Source: Raphidiopsis brookii D9
Lineage (GTDB): Bacteria; Cyanobacteriota; Cyanobacteriia; Cyanobacteriales; Nostocaceae
Assembly (NCBI GenBank): GCA_000175855.1
Contig: ACYB01000035.1
Span: forward strand, 330,001 to 362,000
DNA: 32,000 nt
Reading direction: 5' to 3'
The stretch's first letter is position 1. Each line of letters starts with the position of its first letter. The position numbers and the translations under genes were made by a program. Of the stretch, positions 29,264 through 32,000 are shown piece by piece. Below the pieces are notes generated by a model. It had not been told where the DNA came from, did not search any database, and was given only the letters and a program-made list of their open reading frames with translations.

Positions 29264-29995
29264 CTAATCAGATGCCATAATTTGTTGCCATTCTTCGGGG
29301 GAAAGAGGTTCCTCTTCCAGATCTATATTAAAGACATCACAAGCAGCAGCAATCAAACTGGGAATAATAACTTCTCGAGTCAGACTTTTAGGGAAGTTAA
29401 TGGGAACAAAGGAACTTTCACCAAATATGGTCTCAAACAGTTCCTGATCTGGTTCCAAGGCCATGGAGCCATGTTGGAGAATGGTCTTATCAGTTCGCAG
29501 TTGGGCGCTACCAATCAGTTTAGCACCATTTGATAGGATTAAATCTGCACCCGTTGCAGTTCCAAAGCAGTTAGGATTGTGGATATAACCCCTTCCTGCT
29601 TGACCATAGCTTAATTGCACCCCAAGTGACCCCCATCCTTGAATCAGAAAGTCACAAATCTTGGTGTAAGATTGCAATCGGTTCCCGGTTATTGCTGATG
29701 TGATAACGGTGTAGGTTAAATCACCTTGATGTAGAACCGCCCTACCACCACTCGGACGACAGACTAAATCTATCCTCTCACCTTGCCAAATTAAGTGATG
29801 CCAAAAGTCTGGGTATGTTTTTTGATGATGGCCCAGGGAAATAGCAGGGGGAGACCAGGTATAAAACCTGAGAATTCCAGAGTATGTTTTTAAAAATTGG
29901 TGCTGATAGTGTTGCAGTAACCACCTATCAACTGCCATTTGTATTTTACCAGGTGCTGGAAAGCAGGGAATTAACCGCCAAATTTGTTTGACCAC
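29264..29995 (-). CDS. Lipoate-protein ligase A family (BPL/LplA fold)
   Basis: VKQIWRLIPCFPAPGKIQMAVDRWLL, YTWSPPAISLGHHQ, RPSGGRAVLHQGDLTYTV, GSAQLRTDKTILQHGSM. GTG start inferred at 29995; the ORF upstream of it is a chance extension. Confidence 0.85.
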   Translation of the reverse strand: MVKQIWRLIPCFPAPGKIQMAVDRWLLQHYQHQFLKTYSGILRFYTWSPPAISLGHHQKTYPDFWHHLIWQGERIDLVCRPSGGRAVLHQGDLTYTVITSAITGNRLQSYTKICDFLIQGWGSLGVQLSYGQAGRGYIHNPNCFGTATGADLILSNGAKLIGSAQLRTDKTILQHGSMALEPDQELFETIFGESSFVPINFPKSLTREVIIPSLIAAACDVFNIDLEEEPLSPEEWQQIMASD

Positions 29996-30051
29996 AAAAA
30001 GTTGGAAAACTACTATAATATGGTACAGAATTCTGAGCAAGGAAAAGAAAA

Positions 30052-30627
30052 TTGCAAGAATCACAACAAAAAGCACCAATACACAAGATATCAAAAGAAC
30101 CAACATTCTACTATTTTGCATACGGTTCTTGCATGTGCCCGGTAGACCTAAAGCGATCGCTTGGTGAGAATGTCCATCCTTACGTAATTGGACATGGCAT
30201 ACTAAAAGAATATAGATTGAGATTTTATGGTTACTCCCACTTACGTAAATGCGGGGTTTTAGATGTGGTACAAGATAGTACATCTCTAGTTAGGGGCGTG
30301 CTATACGAACTACCGTGGAGGTTCAGTGGAAATTTGGATAAGCGAGAGGGGGTATGCCAGGAATTCTATCGTCGTGAGATAGTTAACATTCAGCACGAAG
30401 GTGAAATATACAAAAATGTTCGCACGTACGTTGTGGTAAATAAATTACTAGAGGAAATACCACCAAATGATTGGTATTTTAATGTAGTATTAAGAGGTGC
30501 AATTACCTGTGGGTTACCAGAAGAATATTGCTGGCATTTGTTTGACAAAATGCACGGGTTACAACAGAAATCGCACCAAACCTCTAACATCGATAAAAAG
30601 AATTTTAAGAAGACCCGCAACTCCTAA
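30052..30627 (+). CDS. Gamma-glutamylcyclotransferase-like (GGCT/AIG2 fold) protein
   Basis: YFAYGSCMCPVDLKRSLG, LRFYGYSHLRKCGVLDVVQD, VRGVLYELPWRFSGNLDKREG. Confidence 0.75.
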   Translation: MQESQQKAPIHKISKEPTFYYFAYGSCMCPVDLKRSLGENVHPYVIGHGILKEYRLRFYGYSHLRKCGVLDVVQDSTSLVRGVLYELPWRFSGNLDKREGVCQEFYRREIVNIQHEGEIYKNVRTYVVVNKLLEEIPPNDWYFNVVLRGAITCGLPEEYCWHLFDKMHGLQQKSHQTSNIDKKNFKKTRNS

Positions 30628-30648
30628 ACCCAGTAAACCTAGTAATGG

Positions 30649-31245
30649 TTAGTCTAATTCCCGACGACCTTCTAGTGCTTTAGCCAATGTAATTTCATCA
30701 GCATACTCTAAATCACCACCCATAGGTAAACCGAAAGCGATGCGGGTTACCCTGGTAAATGGTTTAAGTAACCCAGCTATATACAGAGTTGTAGTTTCCC
30801 CCTCCACACTAGGACTAATGGCCATAATCACCTCTTGGGGTTTTTGTTGACTGACGCGACGGACGAGAGCTTGTAAAGTCAACTGTTCAGGTCCCATACC
30901 ATCCATAGGGGAAATCACCCCGCCCAAGACGTGATACTTACCCCTATACTCACGGGTTTTTTCCAAAGCAATCACATCGCGGGAATCAGCAACCACACAA
31001 ATAGTTTGACTATCTCGATGGGGATTGCGGCAAATTTCACACACAGGTTCTGCTGTAAGATGATAACAAACCTGACATAACCCCACTTGTTTTTTGGCAT
31101 CAATTAATGTTTGTGCAAGAGCTTCAATTTCAGACTCTGGACGCTTTAGGATATATAAGGCTAGGCGTTGGGCAGACTTGGGCCCCACTCCAGGAAGGCG
31201 TTGTAATTGTTCAATTAATCTGGCTAATGGGCGTGTATAAACCGT
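30649..31245 (-). CDS. recR: Recombination protein RecR (N-terminus likely extends to about 31245)
   Basis: [32 protein letters not shown], zinc finger [16 protein letters not shown], Toprim [38 protein letters not shown]. The ORF track starts at the internal GTG at 31188. Confidence 0.92.
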   Translation of the reverse strand, partial: TVYTRPLARLIEQLQRLPGVGPKSAQRLALYILKRPESEIEALAQTLIDAKKQVGLCQVCYHLTAEPVCEICRNPHRDSQTICVVADSRDVIALEKTREYRGKYHVLGGVISPMDGMGPEQLTLQALVRRVSQQKPQEVIMAISPSVEGETTTLYIAGLLKPFTRVTRIAFGLPMGGDLEYADEITLAKALEGRRELD

Positions 31246-31360
31246 AGACTTTCTCCTGTATTTACTAAACTTATTTTATAGTGATGATGATATTAAGTTT
31301 AGCATTGGGTTGCTGGGCGTAACGTCTACAATTATTTTATATAGTATATATATTATTATA

Positions 31361-31843
31361 CTAAATATAGTACATAGGATTCTCCTGTGACCTTATTTCC
31401 CTTTCTTGACACAGGTCCTGTAAGGTGTAGCGACCTAACACCTCTACTGAAGCTATGTTGGCCCGCTCCCAAATTTCCCACACTAGGCTTTTCTCTATGG
31501 TCAAAACCTTAGCATTTCTCTTTTCATTCCTTTCCCCTTCTATTAAAGTAACTATCTCTAGCAAGCTGATCTCCCAAGGTTCACGCACCAATAAAAAACC
31601 CCCTTTTGATCCCCGCTGGCTTTGCACTATTCCTGCACGTCGTAATTGGGTGAGAATTTGCTCTAAGTAACGCTCTGGTATCGGTTGTTTGGCGGCAATG
31701 TCGTTGATCGTTAGAGTCGCTTTCTTCCCGTAATTAATAGCTAGCTCTAATAGTGCTAACAGTGCGTACTCCACTTTGGCAGACAGCTCTAAAAGTCCGT
31801 AATTTTGACTATTCCCGTCGGTGTTTAAAATATTATTGTTCAT
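31361..31843 (-). CDS. Rrf2-family transcriptional regulator
   Basis: LSAKVEYALLALLELA, PIPERYLEQILTQLRRAGIVQSQRGSKGGFLLVREPWEISLLEIVTLIEG. The Fe-S cysteine cluster seems absent. Confidence 0.85.
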   Translation of the reverse strand: MNNNILNTDGNSQNYGLLELSAKVEYALLALLELAINYGKKATLTINDIAAKQPIPERYLEQILTQLRRAGIVQSQRGSKGGFLLVREPWEISLLEIVTLIEGERNEKRNAKVLTIEKSLVWEIWERANIASVEVLGRYTLQDLCQEREIRSQENPMYYI

Positions 31844-32000
31844 TGATTTGTTTATGGGTTTTTATGCGAGACTAGTTGCTTTCTCATTTTGTGATACTAA
31901 AATATCATAACTCTATCGGTTTTTCGTATTTTTGTCTACCCAGAGCAAAAAACCTAAAAATCCATCTTTTAGGTCCTAATTTAATGTATACTACGATTAC

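Noticed and set aside
29996-30283. N-terminal hydrophobic extension of the lipoate-ligase-like ORF
   Set aside because: Overlaps the divergent GGCT-like gene and precedes the conserved start region VKQIWRLIP; likely chance open frame.
1-32000. CRISPR array, tRNA, rRNA, transposase or integrase
   Set aside because: No regularly spaced repeats, no recognisable tRNA/rRNA segment and no transposase or recombinase-like ORF were seen by manual reading. The accessory block therefore has no visible mobility gene in this window.

Overview
The composition, HIP1 octamers (GCGATCGC) and gene content (psbU, btpA-like, DUF3084/DUF3120-type proteins, a possible patD) indicate a filamentous cyanobacterial chromosome segment. 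The flanks are mostly housekeeping genes: pnp (partial), a RuvX-like nuclease, a DUF3084-type coiled-coil protein, psbU, nadB, a VKOR-thioredoxin fusion, a BtpA-family protein, rimO, a DEAD-box helicase, a DHFR, a ROK kinase, a BtuF-like binding protein, rel/spoT, a lipoate-ligase-like protein, a GGCT-like protein, recR and an Rrf2 regulator. The most unusual part is an accessory-looking block at about 13.46-23.90 kb. It contains a vWA-domain lipoprotein divergent from a co-oriented gene run. That run encodes a small 4-TM protein, a tubulin/FtsZ-like GTPase, a very large Hsp70/actin-like ATPase with a novel N-terminal region, and three consecutive proteins (zinc-ribbon, secreted/TM coiled-coil, coiled-coil). 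These last three share a roughly 75-aa module of the form G-x-YW-I ... KPAKVSP ... W-L-x-x-x-G-x-L-x-F. I propose this block as a candidate envelope-associated, cytoskeleton-like system of unknown function. Both NTPase genes are each split by an apparent 1-nt homopolymer indel. DHFR and the ROK kinase also carry single-base homopolymer frameshifts, and recR lacks a canonical start codon at its conserved N-terminus. This pattern means read-level checking is needed before calling gene decay, phase variation or sequencing error.
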